A stretch of DNA of 64,000 nt, taken from positions 113,770,001 through 113,834,000 of the forward strand of contig OX597822.1 of assembly GCA_951406725.2 (NCBI GenBank), in the 5' to 3' direction. The position numbers and the translations under genes were made by a program. The stretch is from Octopus vulgaris (lineage: Eukaryota). The notes under the pieces are model-generated. The model searched no databases and was not told where the DNA came from. It saw only the letters and a list, made by a program, of their open reading frames with translations. Shown here one piece after another: positions 26,099-40,367 of this stretch (within the stretch, counting starts at the first letter, position 1; every line of letters starts with the position of its first letter).

Positions 26099-27663
26099 GT
26101 AATATTTATTATGTATTTCCATTTGTGAATGAAAGAGAAATGAAAGAACGGTTTGAATCTTGTTTTGTTTCCGTACACCGATGTTTTAATCCTTCATACG
26201 AATACACAGTTGTTAAAACAGCCTCGAAATTATAATCATTGCCATTATTCTACGCTAGTTTCTTTCAGAAGTTTTTCTGAATCAAAATATTGCTCTGTTC
26301 TTCGTTTGCATAAACATTATTGGTACTACTTGTATATCTAGTCCCAGACATACAAAAGTCAAGAGTATGTCTTTGCCGGAAGACCTTCTTCGATCAGGCT
26401 AACCCTGGACTAGACAACAAGTACATAATAATTTGTTAGATTAGTTTACTCTGGTGCTTTTCGCATCCAATTAGTTGATTTGTTCCTAATTATATTCTTA
26501 TTCCTTTCTCTTGCTAAGCATAGCTATTTGTTGATATCTTTTTTTTTTTTCTTCTTTTAGCATTATTAAATGTTTATGAACCCCAAAAAGTAATTCGTGC
26601 GATGGGAGATAATTCTTTTAGTGTTTCAGAAATTTATAGAATTCGTATTTTGCTCAACGAGTTTACAAAATATAAACATTAGGGCGGCGTGCTGGCAGAA
26701 CCGTTAGCACGCCGGACGAAATGCCTAGCGGTGTTTCGTCTGCCGTTACGTTGTGAGTTCAAATTCCGCCAAAGTCGACAAATTAAGTACCAGTTGTGTA
26801 CTGGGGTCGATATAATCGACTTAATCCGTTTATCCGTCCTTGTTTGCCCCCTCTATGTTTAGCCCCTTGTGAGTAGTAAAGAAATAGGTATTTCGTCTAG
26901 CGTTTCCTTCAGAGTTCAAATCACGCCGAGGTCGACTTTGCCTTTCATCCTGTAGAGGTCGATTAAATAAGTACCAGTTACGCACTGGGGTCGATGTAAT
27001 CGACTTAATCCCTTTGTCTGCCCTTGTTTGTCCCCTCTATGTTTAACCCCCTGTGGGCAATAAAGAAATAAATTATTAACAAGATACTCTTAACAACACG
27101 AAATAAATCAGGTTTCTCTTATTTTTCAGAAGACATTGAAGAATTATTGCGTCGTGACGAAAAGTATCAGGAATATGTCCGAGAATACTTCAGCATCCCT
27201 GAAACTGGACAAAGGGTATTTCTTATACAACCAAGTAAGTTGATTTAATCAAAGATGCAGGTTTTCTAAGTTTGTTTCCCAACCACGTTGTTCTGGGTTC
27301 AGTCCCACTGCATGGCACCTTGAACCAGTGTCTTCTGCTATAGCCTCAGGTCAGCCAAAGCCTTGTGAGCGAATTTGGTAGACGGAAACTGAAAGAAGCC
27401 CATTGTGTGTGTGTGTGTCTTTGTGCATATGATTGTCCCTCACCACCGAAAACTAATGGTTACTCTTTTACTTGTTTCAGTTATTTGACTGTGGCCATGC
27501 TGGAGCACCACCTTTAGCGGAGCAAATCGACCCCAGGACTTATTCTTTGTAAGCCTAGTACTTATTCGATCGGTCTCTTTTGCCAAACTGCTAAGTTACA
27601 GGGATGTAAACACACCAGCATCGGTTGTCAAGCGATGTTGGGGGGACAAACGCAGACACATAT

Positions 27664-27711
<48 letters not shown>

Positions 27712-30700
27712 GACGGGCTTCTTTCAGTTTCCATCTACCAAATCCACTCACATAGCTTTGGTCAGCCCGAGGCTATAGCAGAAGACACTTGCTCAAGATG
27801 CCACGCAGTGGAACTGAACCCGAAAACATGTGGTTCGTAAGCAAACTACTTACCACACAGCCACTCCTGTGCCTATAAAGGATGAAAGGCCAAGTTGACC
27901 CTGGCAGCATTTGAACAGATGAAATACCGCTCAAGTATTTTGCCCGGCAGGCTAATGATTCTGCCAGCTGGCCAACTTCAGACATAAAGGCTTTAAGAAA
28001 AAATAAGTCCTGGGGTCAATTCATTCGACCACAAAATTCTTCAAGGCAATTCCCCAACATGGCTGCAGTTTAATGACTGAAACAATTAAAATAAAAAACA
28101 TACCGTAAATCCTCGAATACAGTCTGCCCTTGAGTATAATATGCAGGGGATTTTTAGGGGGCTGTACCTCTGAAAAACCTAAACCTTGTGTATAATACGC
28201 ACCCCTTCTCTAACTTGAGTCAAGGAGTTCTATATAACGTCCTTGGTTAGTAAAATGTATACAATAACGTCCTTTATTATTTTAGTATATATAACATAAT
28301 GCAAACATGTAGCTTTTTTGTGCATTTTGTTTGCAGAAAATAAAGAAATAACAGTAATAACGTTTAATGAATGTTGCTTACTGCAAGTTATGGATGATTC
28401 TTTTAGGACTATATTGCTTTCAGGCTTAGCTTAAGGTATTTTCGCGCCCGACATCACAAAATGCATCTGAATAAACATTGCCGGACAGCAAATAGAGACT
28501 AGGACATTGCTTAGAATATAATTTTCATTTTTAACCTCGTATATAGTACGCACTAGGGATTTTGACCTTTAAATTTTAGGGAGAAAATGTGGATTATACT
28601 CAAGGATTTATGGTATATCATAACTACATGCTTACTATAGAATAATGTTTGATTAGCCATTAAGCCATTAATTGATTTCATTTCAGATGTTAAAAGGGGG
28701 CCACAAAGGTCCCTAAGTTCTATAAGAAGTCAACTGGAAGAATCTGTTGCTCTCGTTGAGACACTGCCTAACTGGAAGGTTGTTGGAAAGGTAAGGCTTT
28801 TGCATATCGAGAATTTTATCTTTAGTCTTTTAGCTAGGAGGGAAGGCAGTGTCCGTGACCTTTTATAGGGCCTCAAAAGGCTGTTGGAAGGAAAGAAAGT
28901 AACCTCAGACTGAAAACTTGGTCTGAATGCTTGCAACAGAATGGACTCTGCTAAAGGTACTAAAGGTGCCAGATGGGGTTCTTCAACTAGGTTCACCACC
29001 CAAGCAGGGCATAACAGGATTTGATCTCAGGTTGCAAAGACCCAGAAGAAATAGTGCTAGGCAGCGAGCTGGCAGAAACGTTAGCACGCCGGGCGAAATG
29101 CTTCACGGTATTTCGTCTGCTGTTAAGTTCTGAGTTCAAATTCCGCCAAAGTCGACTTTGCTTTTCATCCCTTTGGGGTCGATAAATTAAGTACCAGTTA
29201 CGCACTGGGGTCGATGTAATCGACTTAATACCTATGTCTCTTCTTGTTTGTCCCCTCTATGTTTAGCTCCTTGAGGGCAATAGAGAAATAAGAAATACTG
29301 CAAGGCATCTAGTCTGATAGTTTTACTGTTCTGTCAACCCACTACCATGGGGTGGTACCTATTTTTCTCAACCCTGAAAAGATGAAAGACAAAGTTGACC
29401 TTGGTGGGATTTGAACTCAGAGTGCAAAGAGTCAAAAAAGGTACTGTAAAGCATTCTGTCTAACACTCTAACAACTCAACCAATAATCACTTTAAAAAGA
29501 TTCGCTCTTTTGAAATCACTTCACAATTTAGCAATACCATGCAGAGATTATAGATTATAAAGAGTAATTGTCTTCCAAGCCCTGTGAGTACATTTGGTAG
29601 ACAGAAACTGAAAGAAGTTCACCCATATATATGTACATATGCTAGTGCATGTGTATGTGTGTGTGTGTTTGTACCCTTGTCTTGTCATTGTGTGGTATTA
29701 CTTTGCTTGAATACAAGTGAGGGTTTGTGTCAGGAAAGGCATCCAGCTTTACTAAATATGCCTCAACAAATTCAATCTAACCCATGCAAACATAGAAACG
29801 GATGTTAAATGGTGCTGATGTGTATAGATATACAGACAAGTAGACAGACATAAAGGGCAGTAAATACCACAAAGCATTTTGTCTAACATGCTGATTCTGT
29901 GAATCCACTACCTTATATATAGTTTGTTCCTTCTCGTGCCATGCCTGGCTCATAAGGGCCGGTTTCCTTGGCATATAGGTTCCCCACCTGGACGGGATGC
30001 CGGTCCGTCGCAGGTGAGCTGAAAGATGCAGGAGGAAAGAGTAAGACAAAGTTGTGGCGAAAGAGTCAGCAGGAGTTCGCCATTACCTTCTGCCAGAGCC
30101 GCGTGGAGCTTAGGTGTTTCACTCATAAACACACATATCGCCCGATCTGAGATTCGAACCCGTGATCTCTCGACTGCGAGTCTGCTGCTCTAACCACCAG
30201 GCCATGTGCCTCACACCTTATAGATTAATATGTGCTAATTTATGTTCTTGATTCTTTAGTGCATCTACAGATTAACAGGTATTAAAGAATCAAGAATTTA
30301 AATCGTGTGTGCTCCGTACTTTAGGTCAAGATGCTAAGTGTCTCACACTCAGCTGGCAACATACCAGACATGAAGAGAGGGGTTAATAAAGACAACTCCC
30401 AGCCTTTTTTCTTTGTTTTGAGGCACATATACCTATATTATCATCCTCAAGATCCCTTGACTAATGCAGCCAGATGCTGGGGTGCCACCCTAGACACTCA
30501 TAATTTGCCATCACCACTGGTCTCTGTTCCCTGTCATGCCTAACAGGTTCTCTGTGTTGTGATTTGTCCAGCCCTTAATGTTGTCAAACCAGGATTTTTT
30601 TTTGTCTGCCTCTCTTTTGCCCTCCCCCAGCTATGCCCTAAAGAATGCTCTTAGACAGGGAGTTATGGATACATAACCATACCAGGTAAACTTTTGTCTT

Positions 30701-33700
30701 TTTACCTGTGCAAGGAGTGGTTCCTGTCAGCCATATAAATTTGTTTTCTGTGCTATTTTGTTTATTTTTATTCACTATGTCATGATTTCAAATACGGCCA
30801 TTGCCAGCCTACCCTGGCACGTAAAAAGCACCATCCGTACATGGTCGATGCCAGCGCCACCTTGACTGGCTTCTGTGCCAGTGGCATGTAAAAAGCACCA
30901 ACCGATTGTAGCCACTGCTAGCCTCCCCTGGCACCTGTGCCGGTGGCACGTAAAAAGCACCCACTACACTCATGGAGTGGTTGGCGTTAGGAAGGGTATC
31001 CAGCTGTAGAAACACTGCCAGATCAGACTGGAGCCTGGTGCAGCCTCCTGGCTTCCCAGACCCCAGTCAAACCGTCCAACCCATGCTAGCATGGAAAACG
31101 GACGTTAAACAATGATGATGATGATGATTATACTCATCATCCTCTTAATATAAAAGACTGGACAGACCTTCTCTTTTCTGCTTCTAATTTGACTAAGACA
31201 ACTTTGAACTTTTAAAATCTAGCTCTTCACTAGCTTCTGGTTCTGGTTATCATTCCTTGTGACTTTATTGTTTGAGAACTTGGGAATCGTCATTATTTGA
31301 ACTTCGCTTTTGCAATATCTTGGCTTTTTCAGAAAATTGTAGCAACAAAGAGCCCCGATTCCAAACCAGTTTTTGGTAAAGGCAATTTCGCTACACTCAC
31401 CAGTGAAATTCAGAATTGTCCTGCCGTTACAGCCATTTTTATTAGTTTAAACATGTTAAATACCATCCAATGGACTTACCTTCAGAATGTGTGGAAAATT
31501 CCAGTATATGACAGGTAATCAAGGTATACTTTTTTACTCTTTTTATTTATATTTAAATTCGTTAAGGTGGTGAGCTGGCATATTAGCACACCAAGCCAAA
31601 TGCTTAGCAGCATTCCATCCATCTTTACATTCTGGGTTCAAATGCCACTTGGGTCAGCTTTGCTTTCATCCGTTCAGTGTCAATAAAATAAATACCATTT
31701 AAACACAGGTCAATGTTATTGACTTACGCCCACTTCTGAAATTGCTGGCCTTGTGCCAAAATTCAATATCAACATTTAAATTTGTTTCTCCATGATAATT
31801 AAACTCTCTTTTCTTGTTTCTTTATTGCCCTCGAGGGGCTAAACATAGAGGGGACAAACAAGGACAAACAAAGGGATTAAGTCAATTAGATCAACTCCAG
31901 TAAATGACTGGTACTTCATTTATCAACCCTGAAAGGATGAAAGGCAAAGTCGACCTCGGCGGAATTTGAAGTCAGAACGTAACGACAGATGAAATACCGC
32001 TAAGCATTTCGCCCAGCGTGATAACGATTCTGCCAGCTCACCACCTCAGGGTTCAATACTGCTGCATGAAATCTTGGGCAAGTGACTTGTACTACAGCCT
32101 CCTGTGTGTATTTAGCCATAGCTGCCTAATTTGAATGGTCAAAGTTGTGATGTTGCTCTGGTGTAGAGGTTATCACAGCTCCACAGTTCACAGCAGACAA
32201 AGCATTTGAGTCTTGTGGATGATATTACATTTTATCATCTTCTATGTTAGTTGTGTCTGTGCAAGACTGTGTTTATTTTAAAAAAAGGTGTTGTGTCCAT
32301 GTCTGCCCCATAACTTAACCAATCATCATTTAATGTCTGTTTTCTATGCTGGCATGGGTTGGACACTTTGACAGAAGCTGGAAAGCCAGAGAACTGCAGC
32401 AGGCTTTACTGTCTTTTGGGAAACCCTTCCTAATGCCACCCACCTTACAGAGAAGATTGGCTGCTTTTTAGATGGCACTAGCACTGGTGAGATCTGTTTT
32501 GACATGGTTCTTATGGCTGGATGCCCTTCCCAATGCCAACCACTTAATAATTGGTAAAATAAGTACTTGGGTCACATTGTGACTTTATCGCTGACAACCC
32601 CAGGAATCATCATTATTTGAATTTTATTTTTGCAATATCTTAATTTTTTCAGAAAATTGTTGCAACAAAGTCCCCCAATGTCCTTAAAAGTACTGCATCA
32701 GCATAGCCACAGTCTATTGAAACCAGTAAGAGAATACAAGAGACAACACTGGCTGGAATAGATATTTATACTTTTAGTTCAAAGACTTCTATAAATAACT
32801 TTACATTTAAATCTCTTCCGTATCTGTTTTGCTTTTTAGATACAACATTGTGTTACAAATCTTCAAGGAATATGCTAAAACGAAAGAAGTTAAGCTACAA
32901 GTAGCTTTGGCCGAAATTCCATATATCAGGTAATATTTTTTCTGCTATAGCCTCAAACCAACCAAACTTGGCAGTGGATTTGGCAGATGGAAACTGAAAG
33001 AAGCCTGTCGTGTGTGTGTGTTTGTCCCCCGGCACTGCTTAATATTTTTGTTTTGCATTCTGCGTAAATTATACTTACGAAATTTATAGGCTTAAGTCTA
33101 GCTAAGCATTTAGTCTAGATGTTTCCAATCTTGAATATTGGTGCTACTCTAATGTAATTGTGCCGTTGGCTGGCAAATCTGGTATTAGCTCGGTGTTCTA
33201 ACCCAACAAACTTTCATTTGTTCTCTATTAAATGCTTTGTACTTGTAAAATTCTTTCCCCAAAAATAATTGCAGGTGTGGCTGTGCAGTAAGAAGCTTGC
33301 TTCCCTGTTACTTAGTTCCAGGTTCAGTCCCACCGTGTGGCACCTTGGGCAAGTGTCTTCTGCTATAGCCTCAAACCAACCAAACTTGGGAGTGGATTTG
33401 GTAGATGGAAACTGAAAGATGCCTGTCGTGTGTGTGTCTGTGTGTGTTTCTCCCCCAGCGCTGCTTAACAACTGGTGTTAGCGCGTTTACTCCCCGTAAC
33501 TTAGCAGTTTGGCAAAAGAGACCGATAGAATGAGTTCTAGGCTTTAAAAAAATAAGTCCTGGGGTCAATATTTTTTCAACAAATGCTTCAAGGTGGTACC
33601 TTGACATGGTCACAGCCTAATGACTGTAACCATAGATAAAGATAAAAGAATTGTAGGTAGGTAAATGTAAAACATAAAGACTTTTCTAAATATTTTAATC

Positions 33701-36700
33701 GTTTTACTTTTACCTGCTTGTAGATTAATAAAATAGATACTAGTAATATATTGATAGTAAGTCAATCAATTATATATCCCTTGAAAAACAAATGTCTTAC
33801 TGAAGAAACTCAATGTTTATTCTAGAGCTAGATACCTTTCCTGGTGTTTCTTCAAATCTTGAGCTTTATCAAAATAAATCTTCATTATTTAGAAAGAGAC
33901 TGTTTTCATCATCATCATCATCATCGTTTAACATCTGCTTTCCATGCTAGCATGGGTCGGACAGTTCGACCAGGGTCTGAGAAGCCAGGAGGCTGCACCA
34001 GGCTCCAGTCTGATCTGGCAGAGTTTCTATAGCTGGATGCCTTTCCTAACGCCAACCATTCCGAGAGTGTAGTGGGTGCTTTTACGTGCTACTGGCACGA
34101 GGGCCAGTCAGGCAGTACTGGCAACGACCTCACTCGAATCTTTTTACACATGCCAATGGCACAGGTGCCAGTAAGGTGACGTTGGTAACGATCCTGCTCG
34201 AATGGTGCCTCTTACATGCCACCAGCACGGAAGCCAGTTAGCTGCTCTGGCAACGATCACGCTCGGGTGGTGCTCTTTCATTACATTCAAATCCTACCAG
34301 TTGATTTCATTTACCCAGTAAATATTTAACTTGTGCCAGTGTTGGAAATTAGCTTTCCACCTTCTGTTTACTTAAAAGAAACTGCTCCATATCTTTTTGT
34401 AGAATAGATTTGTGGTGATAAATCTACTGAAATATTTTTCACTGAATATGGCTGCTTCTTTGGTATTCTTCTGAACTTTAATCATGGAAGAGTTTCCAAA
34501 CAGTTCTTTGATTTTCTGCTTTGTATCTTCAATTTTCTGGGGGTTTTTATTTACATGTGATTTTCTACGTTCATTTGTGTTGTTATTGTTAGTTAAAATC
34601 CAACCAGGCTCAAGTTTGCCTTTCTTCTGCCAGGGTCAATAAAACAAGCAGTGGACAAGTAGTTAGGCAGAAAGCGAACTGGCAGAAACGTTAGCACGCC
34701 GGGTGAAATGCTTAGCAGTATTTCGCCTGCCGCTATGTTCTGAGTTCAAATTCCACCAAGGTTGACTTTGCCTTTCATCCTTTCGGGGGTCGATAAATTA
34801 AGTACCAGTTATGCACTGGGGTCGATGTAGTCAACTTAATCCATTTGTCTGTCCCCTCTGTGTGTAGCCCCTTGTGGGCAGTAAAGAAATAAGTAGTTAG
34901 GTCAATTAAATTGACACCTCTTTCACAATTTAGTAGCCACATCCCTCAATTAGAAATCATTGTAGTAATAAATGTTATGTTTAGAAAACATAGTTTCCAA
35001 ACTCTTAGAAAAGCCTAATTGTATCTCTTTTCTACCTTATAGGTCACGTCTTCCTTCTGTCCATGGTGGGAGTTTAAGTATAACTGCAGGGGGTACAAAA
35101 CACACTGGTGGGACAACTCCAATGTACCTAGAACAACGGTATAAATATTTACAGGTAATTATTGTCTTTAATTTCATTCATACAGTAAATGGTTTCAGTG
35201 CTCAGCCCTTCTTCAAATTAAGGTGGGGTTAATGTTATGGTGTGAAGTCATATGTTTTGGAGAAGAGCACAGCATAACATCAACACCAGATATTTTGCAG
35301 ACTACTTTTCACAGTAAGTGAATAAAGAGGAAATGTAGTAAAGTTCTTAGCAGAGTAGAACTCATCGTCATCATCGTTTAACGTCCACTTTCCATGCTAG
35401 CATGGGTTGGACGATTTTGACTGAGGACTGGCGAACGAGATGGCTGCACCAGGCTCCAATCTGATCTGTCAGTGTTTCTACAGCTGGATGCCCTTCCTAA
35501 CGCCAACCACTCTGAGAGTGTATTGGTTGGTTTTAAAGTGCCATCAGCACGAGGGCCAGTCTGGCGGTACTGGCAACGGCCATGCTTGAAAATGGAGTTT
35601 TTTACATGCCAGTTTTTAAAATTTTATAAGTTTGAAGGAATTAACAAAAGCATGAACTTATAACCATAAAAACATTCTTGGAATAATATGTATAAAAGAT
35701 GCTTCTTTGAAACCATCAACTTCAAACACAGTGAAAGTAGTGTATAATTGTATCAAAAAATAATAATTCTACATTTCATAAAAACGTCATCTTTTGACCC
35801 AAAGTTCCATGCTTTTCTGTTGAATCATTCTCTAAACAAGTATAAGATTTTTTCTTGTATGTGGAATGCTTTTAAAAAGTCATTTGCTTTATTTAAAGGA
35901 CTGGGAATTGAAACTTAAAAAGGCTTTGAAAAAAGTTCGAAAACAAAGAGAGATTGTGCGCCAGAATCGTTTGAAGAAACAAATCCCTATTGTTGCAGTG
36001 GTTGGTTACACAAATGCAGGTAGGGGTGGCCCCTTTTCTATTCTACTTAAAGTTTTCTGTCAAACAACATCATGATATTACTTCTTAGACTTCATTTTCA
36101 AAGATTCCTTGTAAAGGAAACATTTCAATTATTTCTATCCTAATATTCACTTTATTATTATTATTATTATTATTATTATTTATTATTTATTGCCTCGTCT
36201 GGCACCTGTGTCGGTGGCACATAAAAAACACCATCCGAGCGTGGCCGTCTGCCAGCCTCGTCTGGCACCTGTGTCGGTGGCACATAAAAAACACCATCCG
36301 AGCGTGGCCGTCTGCCAGCCTCGTCTGGCACCTGTGTCGGTGGCACATAAAAAACACCATCCGAGCGTGGCCGTCTGCCAGCCTCGTCTGGCACCTGTGT
36401 CGGTGGCACATAAAAAACACCATCCGAGCGTGGCCGTCTGCCAGCCTCGTCTGGCACCTGTGTCGGTGGCACATAAAAAACACCATCCGAGCGTGGCCGT
36501 CTGCCAGCCTCGTCTGGCACCTGTGTCGGTGGCACATAAAAAACACCATCCGAGCGTGGCCGTCTGCCAGCCTCGTCTGGCACCTGTGTCGGTGGCACAT
36601 AAAATCACCCACTACACTCTCGGAGTGGTTGGCGTTAGGAAGGGCATCCAGCTGTAGAAACACTGCCAGATCTGACTGGCCTGGTGCAGCCTTCGGGCTT

Positions 36701-39700
36701 GCCAGACCCCAGTTGAACCGTCCAACCCATGCTAGCATGGAAAGCGGACGTTAAACGATGATGATGATGATGATGATGATGATTATTAAAGTAATGGGGA
36801 ATAAATAATTAAGAAATGATTATTATTGAAGTGATAATTAATTATTTACTCTTAGGGAGAAATGCAAAGCCATAATGTTTTCAGGACTTGGCAGACAAAT
36901 AATTTCTGTAATGTTTATCACCTGGTCCAGCAATTTGATACCTCTGTAATTAAACCTAAGGCATCACCTTTGTAGCAGTAGGCTACAGTGGTGGTACACC
37001 TGTTGTTGGGTATGACTCCCTCATGGACAGCCTAATTAACTATACATGTGACTAGGCCATATCCCACTCTGCCAGATATTTTAAGCATTTCTGGTTGAAA
37101 TACACCGAAAAATGGTGACACAGCAGTCAAAAAATCATAAAAAATAGGGATTTTCATAGGAAAAATGCACCTTTTTAATGTAAATAATTTTTGGTCTTAA
37201 CATGGTCCAATTCGAATTTTATCTTCTATGGAATGAAGAGCAAGCCTTCTTCTATCATACTCTCATAGGCTGGAGCTTTCCCTGTCTTCATACCCCTGCT
37301 ACTCTCAATTCAAATAGCTGGTCCATTTGCTGGGTCCACATTAGGCAGACTTTCCTTCTAGATTAATTTTAATTAGATGTGTATATTAAAACAAAACTGC
37401 GGATACATCTGTAACAATATATCAATTCAACTCCAAAATCATATAATGCACTGAATACGTTTATATATGTCTATGTTTGTGTCTATGTTTGTGGGAAACA
37501 TAATCAAAACCTGTTGAGATGATATTTTCAATGACAACTTTTTTATTAGCTTCTGTCTTACATTCAACATTACAAAATGAGAGGCAAGAACTAGAAAGAT
37601 GAGGGTGGCATATTCTAGTTCTAAGTTCATCATTTTAACCAAATCCTTGATTGTTTTCATGTGAAGAACTAAAATGGCAGCTAACACTAGATTCTGAATC
37701 ATGGACATATATACTCTATCCAAACTTATATAATCACCATCATAAACATTAGTGCAGCTTTTCCCTTATTCCTTGTGCTTCTGTTTCTAAGATCCAATAT
37801 CCTGAGAGCTTTGATTATTCTCCATGTCTTCAGTCTTTCTGTACCATGGATTCCATTCATTGTCAGTATACACTACACAAACACAATCATCTTTCCTGTA
37901 TAAATCAGCTGATGCCTTTACCCAGACATTCTTGCAGCTTATTTACACTCTACAGAATTTGCCATATTCTGAACACCTTACTTCCCTGGGCATGGATACA
38001 TTGAAACTCTGACATCTGGCAACTGACTTGGCAGACACCCATAAAATTATTAACCATCTTACAAACAATAACTCTGAGCACCTTTTCAAACTTCCACCTG
38101 TCTAACACCCGTGGACATGTTTACAAAGTCAGAAAACAGCACAGCTCCCATGACTTTCAGAAATATTTTTTCACGCTGAGAGTTGCTGAAGCATGGAACA
38201 AACTGCCGGCATCAGTTGTTAGTTGTCGGAGCACAGCATCCTTCAAAACTTCCATGCTTCCTGAGATTCGCCAACACTACACCTGATTTTCTCCCCTCCA
38301 TACACACGCAAGCATGTATCTGACTCATACACTGTTCACTTCCCAGACATTTGTACATTACTGCATATACTTTATACGCACTTTTGACAAGTTGTGGTGC
38401 ACCTGAGCACTGTATACAATAATTTCATTATTATTATTATTATTATCATTACTTTTCATACAAACTAACATTGAACAGTGATTCAGTTCTCTCCATTCTC
38501 TGCTGATTTATACTCAATCTACAGACCTCACCTCACAACATGCTTCATCTCTTTCTATTACCATTGAAGGTAGCAGTTATTAAATAGAAGAAACTATCAA
38601 TTCTGTTATCTGTCTAACATTTTCATGACTTGCTTCTTTGTCAATCTCCCACTTCATATTTAGTGAATATATTGCAATCATCAATTGTAGAGCTCTTCTC
38701 TCATTTTGAGAAAAATCCACATCTCATGTGATATTGGGGATTTTGTGCCTCCTTTAACTAACTGAAATTTTACTAGGTTCTGCATCTTCTCCATTAAATT
38801 GGTAATTTACATACCTTTTTATCACAGGTAAAACATCAATAATCAAAGCCCTTACTGCTGATGCAAAGCTCCAGCCTGTTGACCAGCTGTTTGCGACTCT
38901 AGATGTGACAGCCCATGCTGGTGTCCTACCAAATCACATGACAGTCATTTATATCGATACTGTTGGATTTATTTCAAATATCCCAACCACACTTATAGAA
39001 GCATTTGCTGCGACACTTGAAGATGCAATTATTGCAGTAAGTTTGACATTTGCATTTTATTTGTTGCTTCTTTTGCGTTCGTTTCAAACTGTTCTTTTAT
39101 AAATATTTCCCCAGAAAATATTAGCTTCTGCATCTCAGTTCCTTCATGGTTTTTGGTGCTCCACGTTTTCAACCTTTTCACTGAGATGCTTTTTCGGCAA
39201 TAACATTTCCAATAAGTGGAAATAATGTGAGTTCATCGCTGCTTCCTGCACCAGTTTCGCATAGCAGCCCCAGCCCATCCAAAGTACCTTGGATTGTAGA
39301 ACGACCTGCTGTGCTTACCTTGGATCGTAGGGTGACCTGCTGTGCTTGAGGAGACCTATTCAGTCAAATACATCGACATCAAAATAAATATCAAATGGAA
39401 ATTGTAGTTGTGATACCTGTGCCAGTGGCACGTAAAAAACACCATCCGAACGTGGCCGATGCCAGTGCCGCCTTGACTGGCTTCTATTCCAGTGGCACGT
39501 AAAAAGCATCAACCGATCGTGGCCGCTGCCCGCCTCCCCTGGCACCTGTGCCAGTGGCACGTAAAAAGCACCCACTACACTCACGGAGTGGTTGGCATTA
39601 GGAAGGGCATCCAGCTGTAGAAACTCTGCCAGATCAGACTGGAGCCTGGTGCAGCCTTCTGGCTTCCCAGACCCCGGTTGAACCGTCCAACCCATGCTAG

Positions 39701-40314
39701 CATGCAAAACGGACATTAAACGATGATGATGATGATGATGTGTCATTTTCTTAAGAAGATTTGCATAGACCTGAAGCTTCACCGTACTCACAGCACCAGA
39801 ACTTTTAATAGCTCAAAATCAGAGAGTGTTAAAATGGATCAATGTGTTTGTTTCTTCTATTCAGCAAACTTTTGAATTATTTCTCTGTGACTATTTTGAA
39901 TTTCAAATCATTATTATTATTTAGGATGTAGTAGTCCATGTGAGAGATATCAGTCATGAAGACACCAAGGCTCAGTCTGTGAATGTTTACAACACTCTAA
40001 AAGGCATGATCAACCCTCAGAAAGTGGAAAATATGATTGAAGTGAAAAATAAAGTTGACCTTTTACTTGGCAGGTGAGTACATGTGTATATACTCTTTTT
40101 ACTCTCTCTCTTTTACTTGTTTCAGTCATTTGACTGTGGCCATGCTGGATCACCGCCTTTAGTTGATCAAATCGACCCCAGGACTTATTCTTTGTAAGCC
40201 TAGTACTTATTCTATCGTTCTCTTTTGCCGAACTGGTAAGTTACAGCGACATACACACACCAGCGTCAGTTGTCAAGCGATGTTGGGGGGACAAACATAG
40301 ACACACAAACATAT

Positions 40315-40367
<53 letters not shown>

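Noticed and set aside
36191-36610. CRISPR-like appearance of the palindromic 63-bp array and its 140-183 aa ORFs
   Set aside because: Units are contiguous and identical with no spacers and no cas genes. The ORFs arise because the unit length is a multiple of 3.
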